From Amphiscolops sp. MND2022 (Eukaryota): a stretch of 64,000 bases of DNA. The translations under genes and the position numbers were made by a program. The stretch spans positions 91,326,001-91,390,000 of the forward strand of contig OZ076410.1 of assembly GCA_964187785.1 (NCBI GenBank). The letters run 5' to 3'. Shown here piece after piece: positions 32,721 to 43,979 of this stretch. Positions within the stretch are counted from its first letter, which is position 1, and each line of letters begins with the position of its first letter. The notes under the pieces were generated by a model. The model did not search any database and had not been told where the DNA came from. It saw nothing but the letters and a program-made list of their open reading frames with translations.

Positions 32721-35700
32721 GTGAAGCTTCACCAACGTGAAATTCTACTGCGGTACAATTCAACTGCAAGGATTCGATATACTTGAATCTATGAAATTTA
32801 ACTTTTTTCCGCAAGAGTGATTGTTACTAAATCAGGCTAGTTCAACGTTTTTTGCTCATTTTTGATAGAAATAGTTACTTATAACATAACGGTGTAACTG
32901 ACATAAATCATTAGTAGCTACTACAGTAAATCTGTTCGTAGTGAAGAGGGTTCAACTGAATTAACGAAGATAGTGGTTCTGGTTCATTACAAATACTCAC
33001 GAAAAAAATTTCATCGAAATTCCTGCCACATTAAGAAAATTTGATCTAGCACGTTATTAGTAATTCAGTTTCCGATAACACAACAACAAGCCTCTGTCGT
33101 CAGAGGAACAAAATGGGAGACATTGTTGACTGCCGAAGGATAAGCACTGAACAGATCTATACACAGCTGGCAAAATCCGGAACCCTCGTCATCAACGTAG
33201 TCAGCGATTGTCTTATGGAGACGAAAAGACGGCTATATACCATAGTAGACGACAATTGTCTACACCCTAAAAAATAAACATAGAATTTAAAACATTTCGA
33301 ATTATTTCCCATGATTTGGGAACCCTTAAAAGCGTAAACTACAACGACAACCCAACAAGAGGTTGTCGGAGAGAAGGAGAAGCCAGAGAAAAAATCTTCG
33401 AGTGACCTTTGTTGACTAAACAGCGTCCTGATTAAGTCACCGTGGTTTTAGTGACTAGTCGTCTGCGTGTCACATCGCTTCCGGTAAGCGGAGACCTGTA
33501 TAGTAATCGGTATTCAATTTGACGAAAAGTAAAAGGAAAAATTCAACTGCAACGAGTGTTCTGTTACCGTAAATGATGGAGTAGAATGTGACACCTGTGG
33601 TAGCTGGCAAACTGTCTCAACGCTTGAAAAACTGACAATCCCCAAAAGAATGTAGAGATGCGACCAATGCTTAGCGTAGAAAAACTCTGAAACTGTGATC
33701 CATGAATTGAAGTAAGCCCTAGAGGAAGTGACCAGAGATCTAAACCCCAGAATAAACCATCTTCAGGACACAGCGCAGAACCTTCAAACAACTTACCGCA
33801 AAACAACCCTCCGATATCAAAACTACTCCGGAACAATCATGGCACGTGCTGACCCACCTCCATGAAAACAGACAAAATGGTCACCCGAAAACTTATCACC
33901 AAAATCAACGACCACACGGAAACTCGAGACTCCTGTAGAATCAAAACCACTTTGGGTGAAAATGAAGCACGCAATGGAATTTGCAGACAGCGGAATCATC
34001 GTAGTAATATATAGCTAAGAAACTGCCTGCCATGTAATAAAGAATTGGCCAAAAAAAGTCTTCAGCAACAGCGACTGTCGTAAAACCGTGCAACCAAATA
34101 GAACCAATCTAAATCTGAAAGGATATCCACTTCCACAGTTCATGGAAAACGTAGGAATTGATGGACCGGAATTCCTGGAAGAAATGAGCATAACGTATCC
34201 GCAATGTACGGTAACACAACAGAAAGAGGTAACTGTCACATTCCGCTCTCGGACTGGGTTGCGGCTCTCTAAAAGTTGGTTTCGGCCGTGGTCATGGTTG
34301 CACCGCAAGGTTTCCGAAAACTCATTTTAACTACTAAAAACTAACAGATAAACTGTGACCAAAAACCAACTACGTCTAGATCACGCAAATTTTCAGACAA
34401 TAATGAATACTAGTGGTTGAACAGATTGAAAAAGAAATCACGCATTTCCGTTAAGACGTTTAAGCCACGCCGTTCAAGCCATGACATTGACAGGTTTAGG
34501 AAATTAGATGAAATAAGTAAATCTGCCAAACTAGTTGGGAAAACTTGAAAACACTTCGTCACAAATGGAATTTAGAAATTGCGTCATCCTTCCGTCAGAC
34601 AAGTTGTTATTAATCTAAAAGCGCTCTAGGAAGTAATTTAAATGAAAGTTTCCTACTATAGGAGTGAAAGTCACAGTTTATTATTGAAGTTGAAACGAGC
34701 TAATATATTTCATACTGGAAAGATATTTTCACATGCTTGTCCATTTATACTCAATCTTCTAAAACTATGCTTCATAACCTTAACTTTGGCTATATTTCGG
34801 GAACATGTCGTTACTTCACTCGTAATCTTTTTGCAAATCATCTCCAAAAAGTGCGGTTCATTGAAAATGATGCTCTCCAATTTGTAGGCTTGTCACAATT
34901 GTCGCAATCGGAACAATCGGAACACTACAATCAAGAAGTAATTGCTTTGAGACCTTATCTATCATTGAAACACATTGACTCCGTTCATTTAGATATTTTG
35001 TGTACCAATCCAAGCAGACCCCTCCGACAGCATATGCTTCAAATCCGTTCACTTAGATATCATGTGAACCTATCCAAGCAGACCCCTCTGACAGCATATG
35101 CTTCAAGTTTGTGAAGAAGATACTCGTGAATTATTGTATCAAACGTTTGTATCATAAAAACAGACGTGAAGCTTCACTAACGTGAAATTCTACTGCGATA
35201 CAATTCAACTGCAAGGATTCGATATACTTGAATCAATGAAATTTATCTTTTTTCCGCAAGAGTGATTGTTACTAAATCAGGCTAGTTCAACGTTTTTTGC
35301 TCATTTTTGATAGAAATAGTTACTTATAGCATAACGGTGTAACTGACATAAATCATTAGTAGCTACTACAGTAAATCTGTTCGTAGTGAAGAGGGTTCAA
35401 CTGAATTAACGAAGATAGTGATTCTGGTTTATTACAAATACTCACGGAAAAGCTTTCATCGAAATTCCTGCCACATTAAAAACATTTGATCTAGCACGAC
35501 ATTATTAGTAATTCAGTTTCCGATAACACAACAACAAGCCTCTGTCGTCAGAGGAACAAAATGGGAGACATCGTTGACTGCCGAAGGATAAGCTCTGAAC
35601 AGATCTATACACAGCTGGCAAAATCCGGAACCCTCGTCATCAACGTAGTCAGGGATTGTATGCCGGAGACGAAAAGACGGCTATATACCATAGTAGACGA

Positions 35701-36955
35701 CAATTGTCTACACCCTAAAAAAACATAGAATATAAAACATTTTGAATTATTTACCATGATTTGGGAACCCTTGAAAGCGTAAACTACAACGACAACCCAA
35801 CAAGAGGTTGTCGGAGAGAAGAAGCCAGAGAAAAAATCTTCTTTGAGTGACTTTGTTGACTAAACAGCGACCTGATTAAGTCACCGTGGTTTTAGTGACT
35901 AGTCATCTGCGTGTCATTTTGCTTCCGGTAAGCGGAGACCTGTATAATAATCGGTATTCAATATGACGAAAAGTAAAGTGAAACATTCAACTGCAACGAG
36001 TGTTCTGTTACCGTAATTGATGGAGCAGAATGTGACACCTGTGGTAGTTGGCAAACTGTCTCAACGCTTGAAAAACTGACAATCCCCAAAATAATGTAGA
36101 GATGCGACCAATGCTTAGCGTAGAAAAACTCTGAAACTGTGATCCATGAATTGAAGTAAGCCATAGAGGAATTGACCAGAGATCTAAACCCCAGAATAAA
36201 CCATCTTCAGGAGACAGCACAGAACCTTCAAACAACTTACCGCAAAACAACCCTCCGATATCAAAACTACTCCGGAAAATCATGGCACGTGCTGACCCAC
36301 CTCCATGAAAACAGACAAAATGGTCACCCGAAAACTTATCACCAAAATCAACGACCACACGGAAACTCGAGACTCCTGTAGAATCAAAACCACTTTGGGT
36401 GAAAATGAAGCACGCAATGGAATTTGCAGACAGCGGAATCATCGTAGTAATATATAGTTAAGAAACTGCCTGCCATGTAATAAAGAATTGGCCTAAAAAC
36501 GTCTTCAGCAACATCGACTGTCGTAAAACCGTGCAACCAAATAGAACCAATCTAAATCCGAAAGGATATCCACTTCCACAGTTCATGGAAAACGTAGGAA
36601 TTGATGAACCGGAATTCCTGGAAGAAATGAGCATAACGACAGTCAGACAAGTTGTTATTAATCTAAAAGCGCTCTAGAAATTACTTTAAATGAAAGTTTC
36701 CTACTATAAGAGTGAAAGTCACAGTTTATTATTGAAGTTGAAACGAGCTTAATGTATTTCATACTGGAAACATCTTTTCACATGCTTGTCCATTTATACT
36801 CAATCTTCTAAAACTATGCTTCATAACCTTAACTTTGGCTATATTTCGGGAACATGTCGTTACTTCACTCGTAAACTTTTTGTAAATCATCTCCAAAAGG
36901 TGCGGTTCATTGAAAATGATGCTCTCCAATTTGTAGGCTTGTCACAATTGTCGCG
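32473..36955. repeat. Head-to-tail tandem duplication (32473-34905 and 34919-36955) of CR1 RT debris plus a plus-strand PHD-type LINE ORF1 remnant
   Basis: The copies align by eye at over 90%. Copy 2 lacks about 400 bp (34195-34593). Both contain an internal ~60-bp tandem repeat and a C-x2-C...CDTC-x2-W...C-x2-C PHD remnant (about 33545 and 35985). Confidence 0.88.
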
Positions 36956-37980
36956 ACAGACCAAAACTACTACAAATGCGTTGATGTTTATAAACAGTTT
37001 TTTGTTCCTAATTCAATATCCATCTTTGCAGTCTTTTCAAAATATCTTCCTAGCATCGTTCAAATAATCATTACTCAAGAATTAGTAACAGCGTTTGTTC
37101 AAGGTAAAATTCAAAATCAGGTATTAGTTGTTCACGTCAGCGTCATCTCCGCGTCAATTTGCCTACGAACCAAAGCAGCAAAACCGGGAAACATTTCCGG
37201 TTTGACAGACTGAAGTAGTATCCACTTCCTGCTTGGGAGGGAGCAAAAGGACGCCGGAATGGAATGATATGATCATGATTGATGACTAACACTAGATAAA
37301 AACTGCAGTGTCTTAAAAGTTGTCGAGATGTCGACGTAAACTTGGTGTTTAGTGATTTTTTTTCATCAAAAAGACAGGAAATGACAAATTGTTCGAGGAA
37401 AATTAATGATTTACTCGTTATCAAGTGATCCTAGGAGGGTATATATATGATGCTCTTGGATGATTGACGGACTCAGTCTTTTGCCTTTAGTAAAAATCAG
37501 TTGAACTGTTTTAATTGCTAAAAAACGATTTTCTACTGGCAATCGTTGTTGAATTCAACTTGAAATCAAAATCGTTCAAAATGTCTACAACTAGAAGCCA
37601 GAAAAGGAGGAATGTTCAGCAGGAGATCTCCAACACTGTATGTGAAGGTTTAATTTCACCAGTTTTGAGCGAAGATGATACCTGTGTAGCCCAAGACGTC
37701 CAGGAAGCGGGTCCTTCAAACCCAGAATCACCTAGAATTGAAAATAGCATCATAGAAAGATTGAGGATTTCTTTGAAAGACGAAATCACATCGGAAATTA
37801 AAAATCTACTAGTTGAATCCCAAAAGGAAATGTTAAGCCTGCTAAAATTCAGAGCAAATGCGAATTCTAGAGAGGAACCCGAAAATAAGCCCGAGAACGA
37901 AACAAGGAGTTTCTATACGCCCACTAAGTCAGTCAGGATAAACACGACACAAAATAACCACCCATGTAATAGTCGTAATA
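36956..37980 (+). mobile_element. 5'-truncated LTR of the same family as 27406-29699, with Gag-leader ORF starting at 37581
   Basis: Similar to the reverse complement of 27406-28400. It ends at GTCGTAATA, exactly 400 nt after the ATG, as in the solo LTR. Confidence 0.8.
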
Positions 37981-38270
37981 GTAACAATAGACAAATGAAA
38001 AGACTGAAAACATCATTTGCCACCGCAGAACGAGCAAACAAAGCTCTTCAAAGCGGAATATTCCTGGGGAACCTTCGGATGCAGCCAGAAAACGATAACC
38101 TCGTTCCAAAAAATATTCAATGTTACAAATGTTTTGAAATTGGACAAACTGGATGTTGCTCGGCGAGAATTGATATTTGCAGTATATGCGCAGAGCAAGG
38201 ACAGGCTCATAAAAATTGCAAGAAAAAAGAGTACCGAGGTGTCGAAATAGTCAAGGGGACCACGTAGCGT
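37981..38270 (+). mobile_element. LINE ORF1 (Jockey/I-type) zinc-knuckle remnant fused in frame to the LTR leader ORF
   Basis: QCYKCFEIGQTGCC...CSICAEQGQAHKNC are degenerate CCHC knuckles. Confidence 0.6.
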
Positions 38271-40499
38271 TGTCCGGCCTTTGATCTTTGAAGCAAAAAA
38301 AACACTTCGAGTGGTGCGAAAGGGACCTAGTTCAGTTACCGAATTCGGTTAATGAAATTGAGTACCGAAAACGGTTGTTAGAGGAAGAGGGAGTGAAAGC
38401 AGAAATCAAAGTCAAGTTCGCAAAAATGGTCTATCGCACCCCAATTCCGATGCCTTCCTCAGCTAAATCCAAAAAAACACGTCACAAAGACCTTGCATTT
38501 CGGAAGCAAAAAAAGGATCTATGTCTATCACTCTTTATGGGACACATGCCGCATTGCCGATGTGTAGCGACATTGAGATGCGTTGCTTTAAGAAGCTAAT
38601 GGGTCGCTGAGCATTGTGCGAACGACAGAGCCAAAGAAAGAGGCACGATATGACTATTTCACTACTTCCAACTAAAGACCATGTACTTGCAGTGCCATCC
38701 GCTTAAAGCTCTATCTGTTGTCAATCAATCAATCCTTGATACTCCCCAATCTTCTGTTCCGTTTTCAAATCAATGGTGGTCGTTTTAGGGTTATCCAAGG
38801 AGCCTTGATTCAAGGGACTGGGTGAAAGGGCATCGGCAACCTTGACATCCCTCAGACTGCAAATTCCACAATTTCAAGCATCCAATAATTCACCTGCTCT
38901 AGCTCATTGCAACTTTAAAGTGTTCGATGAGAAGTCACGACATGATACAATTGTGAACACCGAGCAATTTTAACACTCAAATTCAGAAAAAAACTGAGCG
39001 AAACTCGGACAAGCTCAGTTTTGAAGACAATTTTTCTAGTCAACCTTTTTTCAATGATTCAAGATCCAAAAAAATCACTGTTCAATTATTCGCCGTGAAC
39101 CAAATAACTAGACAGACCTGTAAAATGCTATTATCAGCAAAACTGTAACAGTATATCTCAAATGCTCTACAGAACGGAATGTGTTCCAGGGAGAGTGAGC
39201 GACAGATATGCGTTTGAAGAAAGTTATTAAATATGGTACTGTTTGATGGAAATGGCTTTCATCTTTGCAACTCAACGTGCGACCTCTATAATTTGTATAT
39301 ACTTTATCACGTGTTTCGGCATGCATCAAAGTGCACAATGATTTATTGAAATATATAAAAACCAATTTTCATACACTTGAACGTTTCTGCTCGGAGCCAA
39401 ACGCGACATGTCGTCACACCCATGTTTTTGCGCAGATTTCGTGACATGTGCCCAATTTTCAACTTCTGAGGCAAATTCTTGGAAAATGAAAATAGATACC
39501 ACGGATACCATGTTTTCGCGAAACGTTGCGCATGGACCTAGGCTACATTTTCGCTGAACTTTTGGAAAAATAGGTTTCATGGTTCTGCTGCGAATAAATT
39601 TCGAAAAACGCAACTTTTGAATGTTTTTCATATTTGATCTATATCGGAGAACTTAGACCGAATAGAGCCCATGCTTTTGTAAATTATACAAAGCTTTTGT
39701 AATCTACATTTTAGGCTGAAAGTGACGTCAACCATTTTTCATTCTTTTTGTTTTATTTTGGCGAAAAGGACAAAAAAAGTGGATTAAATTTGTTTCAATT
39801 GGTGGCTCACCCTTATCAGGACTGAAAGCAGACAGGGAACCATTCTCTCTCAGTACAGACTGCAACATTGTCGGCTAGTTTTCAAAGTTTCCGTCATCAA
39901 GTATATGACGACTGCGTTATTTTGCCAAAAATATAATATTCCTCGAGGTGCTTATTGTGTCATGCAAAACGTCGATGAAAGTCGACGCCACAAAAGAACC
40001 AACCACCGCGATGGCGATTAACTCCCTCCGCAAAAGATCTTCAGAAAGTCATACCACGGTCGGAATGAGACCCTTTTTGCAGATTTAGTGGAATTTGGTT
40101 AACTGCAGTAGGAAACTTCTCGCGTCGAATATGCCCAAATCGCAGAAACCTGTGCTTTGCCGGTCAATGAGAAATTGACTTTCAAGACACGCAAGTCGGC
40201 TGCGGCTTTACTCGCGGGGCGCAAAGAGCGGCGCACACTGTCTAAAACCTTCTTGAGAATGAGCGCACTCCTGAAGACGTTATTCCGAAGATGGGCGTCT
40301 AAAAGATTTTTATTTGCTCAAACGTGACCAAATTCCACGTCAGATAACGTTTTCCGTTAGAAACACAACATTCATAGCTAATCGCGCCCTGTGAACATTC
40401 AATCCTCTCACTTCTTCCAACGAAGTCTATTTAAATTTGGAAAATGCTTCAGGCAGGGGTACACTATTATAATATAACAATAATTCCATTTATCGGAGG

Positions 40500-41040
40500 G
40501 CATAAATAACAGACAATATATTAAATTAAACAAAACTGATTTACAAGGCAACTCCTGAAAAGGGCCCCTAAAAGAACTTTGCTTTTCAAGATGGTTCCTG
40601 ATTATTGGAACAACACTAATTGTTTTTTGTGTGTGGTAGAGATTTACAGGTAGTACTCAATTCTTATTCACTTGTAATGAACTTGATCAGGTAATTCTAG
40701 CCGGAAAGATCATTTTTTGAATGTTTACGAACGGTTCTACTAACAATATTAAACGTCTAACTCTCTCAATGTGGAGCCTATTTTTTAACCTCTAAAGTAG
40801 TTTGAGATCGAGTTTTTGTTAACAAGAACCGTTAGTTTATTGGCTGCAATGGAGATGTAGAGATTGCACAGAAGATCCACTATTCTTCTCTGATGCAATC
40901 TAGGATATTCTCAGAAATCGATTGGTTGCTCAATTTGGTTTTGGTACGTCGACGACGGAAATCCCTGAAATTATTTTCGGGATGTTCTTGAGGACCTAAA
41001 GCTGATAATTGATAACTCCGAAGCGTACAGGTTGTTACTC
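40500..41040 (-). mobile_element. Possible highly degraded LINE 3' end
   Basis: Only fragmentary ORF2 C-terminal-like peptides and an A-rich plus-strand end. Confidence 0.3.
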
Positions 41041-41254
41041 GAAAAAAAAACAAACGTCACCTGATTTTTGGCGATAATTGCATCTGAAGTCAAACATAGA
41101 TACTCCAAGCACCTTTGGGCAAGACAAGTCGTTTCAAAAGTCGCTGAGCGAGTGATTTCAGAAATGTTTGGACTGCCGAGATCCGGCGATCGCCGGTGGA
41201 TTTTCTTTGAGGACTTAAGTGGTTCGAAATTAGATGCTAATTACGGTTTTTACA

Positions 41255-41384
41255 TTTTGAAGTACTGATTCAATCTGTCATAACTAATCTATACCTTTTA
41301 GTCGGCGCTTTTTTAGAGAAAAAAGTCGACAAAATTCATGGCTTTTCGTCAGTGTTTTGTTTGTTTAAAAAAAATTTCGATACA
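41255..41384 (-). repeat. 3' part of a dispersed repeat split by the Gypsy insertion (its 5' part is 55555 to about 56130)
   Basis: Ends in AAAAAAGCGCCGACTAAAAA like 750-769, and joins 55560 onward once the element and one TSD are removed. Confidence 0.6.
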
Positions 41385-42894
41385 TGTCGCAGGCTGCCGC
41401 CTGTGATGGTAACTACAATCAGATCTTAGTGGAAGGTGGAGATAACACAAATCCGCCTCCATGGGTTCTACCAATCTAAACTTATAGGACACTCAGTCCA
41501 CAGAGCCACAACAAAACATTAATTTTATTACAATTTGTTATAATTATTGAACAATCTGTGCCTGTTATTTCAGGAAATTAAAGCAATATTCTCATTCGAT
41601 GTAAATGTGCAGTAAATTAATGGGGACAATAAGTACGTGTATACAACGCGGAAGGAAACGAGTTCAAATGAACTCATCATTTAATCAAATGTACACTCAT
41701 CGTTGAACATATTGTCCAATCATATTGCAGTTAATTACTGTAGCTCCGCGGAATGAATGTCTACCGCGGTGGAAATTGTACGTTACGCTGTCAGCGTAGT
41801 ATTAGATTGAGGCCGTACGGACTTAAGGTCCACTACGGTTAATTATGTTGCTAGCATGTATTTTCACATTTAATGAACATGAAAAGTTACAAATATATAC
41901 TAGTTACGAAAATGTAATGTTGCTACATAATATTTTGTCGGTTTAACAGACAGTAACCCTTTGATGTAATTACGTCACTATGACGCAATTCCAATGAGTG
42001 CTATTTTTCATATTTATGTCCATTATTAGTAACATGACACGCAGGATTTTGTTGTCCGTCACCCCTCCCAGGCTATAAATAGGAGGGACTAACGGACCGA
42101 GGGAGCATTCATTCATCTGATAACCTGATTACCAGACAACAATCTGCGTACTGCTAATTGTCACCAGTTCATTTGTACCTTTAGTCTAATCAAACACTGT
42201 TGAAATACTTGTTCGTTTGTTCAATTTATTATTGAATCAAAGTTTGATCTCCAATGCCTTCAACTAGAAAGCAAAAAGCCAAGGAAAGACGTTCTAGGCA
42301 GTTAGACATAATGTCTGATGTGGAAAATGTAGATGTAATGTTAGGAAGTTATTCAAGAAATAATGGAGAAGAAGACCAAAACGAAAATGAATTAAACTTA
42401 GACTCAGAGTCTAGCAGACCCCAGAGAAATTCCAATATGACTGGAGAGGACTTAAGGTCACTACTTACCAATAGTAGAGAAAACAGTGAAATAACTATTG
42501 AAACAGCTAAGTTGATTAATGAGGAAAATTCTAGCCAAATGGCTAGAAAACTTAATGAGATCAGAACTAGCTTGAATTCTCAGATTCAAGATGCAATTAG
42601 AACTGCAATAACAAGTACAGTGCTTCCTTCTATACAAAATACGTTAAAAATGCAGGGGCGAACTAATTCCACCGTTGTGGACCGAGAGTCCAACGGGCCA
42701 CATCTGAGCCCGAAAACGCCGAATTACACCGTAGAAGAGCAAAGGTGCAGTGGGCTACAATGGAACCCCGAAGCGGAAAATGGCCGGAAAACATGGAATA
42801 AGCGTCCCAAAAACGTGTTATATGCATGAAAACAGTAGACATTTGTCTAGACAGAGTTCTGAAAACTCTAATTATAACGAAGAAAATCGCGACT
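41385..42894 (+). repeat. 5' LTR (1510 bp)
   Basis: Direct repeat of 54053-55554 (by eye about 95% or more). It starts TGTCGC and ends GCGACT (terminal A changed to T). TATAAAT at 42074-42080 is flanked by CCCTCC/GGAGGG. Confidence 0.95.
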
Positions 42895-43979
42895 TGGTGA
42901 CAGGAGCCAACCCTACCCCACATATGGTTCCTGAGTTTCTCACTGGTCGTCCCATGCAATCCTGTGAGCCCCTGCAACGCCAAAATTCCAACAACAACGA
43001 GCCTCAAGATACAATCCCCCAGGTCCCTGAGACTACAACTCCGAATACTTCTTCCCAACTGATGGTACGCCCCGTCAGCACAACTACACTGACGTTCGAC
43101 GGTAAGTCCGAGAAATTCGAACTTTTCGAAGATATTTTTCAAACAATGATACAAATGCAACCTGATATGACCGAAACAATGAAAATAAACCATTTTCATT
43201 CATTGTTACGCAAGAACGCGTTACAAACTCTCGGTAACATTAATACGACAAACAGGCAAACTTTGGAGGACATCTTAGCTGTATTTCGCCGGAAATACGT
43301 CAAACCACCTGAGTCCCAGGCGACCGCCAAACACAAATGGCACAGATTGGTGTTTGACCGAAACACCATGAAACTACCAGACTTCCTTGAGGAATTAAAT
43401 CAAGGAGCTGAAAAAGCGTTTGGCGAAATGGCCAGGCAATGATCGATAGTCTCCTATATGCCAAATTGCAACCGAAACTGAAACGCTCCGTCAATATGGC
43501 TAGACTTGAAAACGCTACCTACGAGGAGATAGTCACCCATTTAGAACGAGAGCTTGAACTCAATGGATTTGAGGAGGGGGACGACATTCCAGTACCAACA
43601 ATGTCCACTTCCCCTACAGCAACACGACCGGAAACTGGCCTTCTTTCCTCTGGCATCGATCCAAACATTACTTGAAACTATTGCAAGAAACCCGGACATG
43701 TCAAAGACGACTGCCGAAAACTAAAAAGAAAGGAGGAACAACGCTGCGATGACGGATACCAAAAAAGAATATCCAAAATGTCCAACCTGCGACAAAACGA
43801 ACCACCCGGCGGAACGATGTTGGAAAGGCGCTGGAGCCCATCTCAAGCCCAAAAACTTTAAACTGGAGGACACTACCGCCGCTGATACGTCCACCAGCAA
43901 AGAAGACGCAAAAAATACACAACCGACTTCCATTTTGAAAAACCCAAAAAAAACTAGATTCGCCACGACTCCAAATTAA
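42254..43979 (+). pseudogene. Gypsy gag, starting inside the 5' LTR; frameshifted; two CCHC knuckles
   Basis: ORFs 42254-42829, 42750-43442, 43439-43675 and 43749-43979. Capsid-like FDGKSEKFELFEDIF; knuckles *NYCKKPGHVKDDC and CPTCDKTNHPAERC. Confidence 0.88.
42895..42906 (+). promoter_or_regulatory. Primer binding site, tRNA-Leu(CAG)-like
   Basis: TGGTGACAGGAG lies immediately after the LTR. It is one mismatch from TGGTGTCAGGAG, the complement of the usual tRNA-Leu(CAG) 3' end. Confidence 0.7.

Noticed and set aside
38600-40450. Coding remnants or additional elements
   Set aside because: I could not identify convincing motifs, termini or TSDs by eye.
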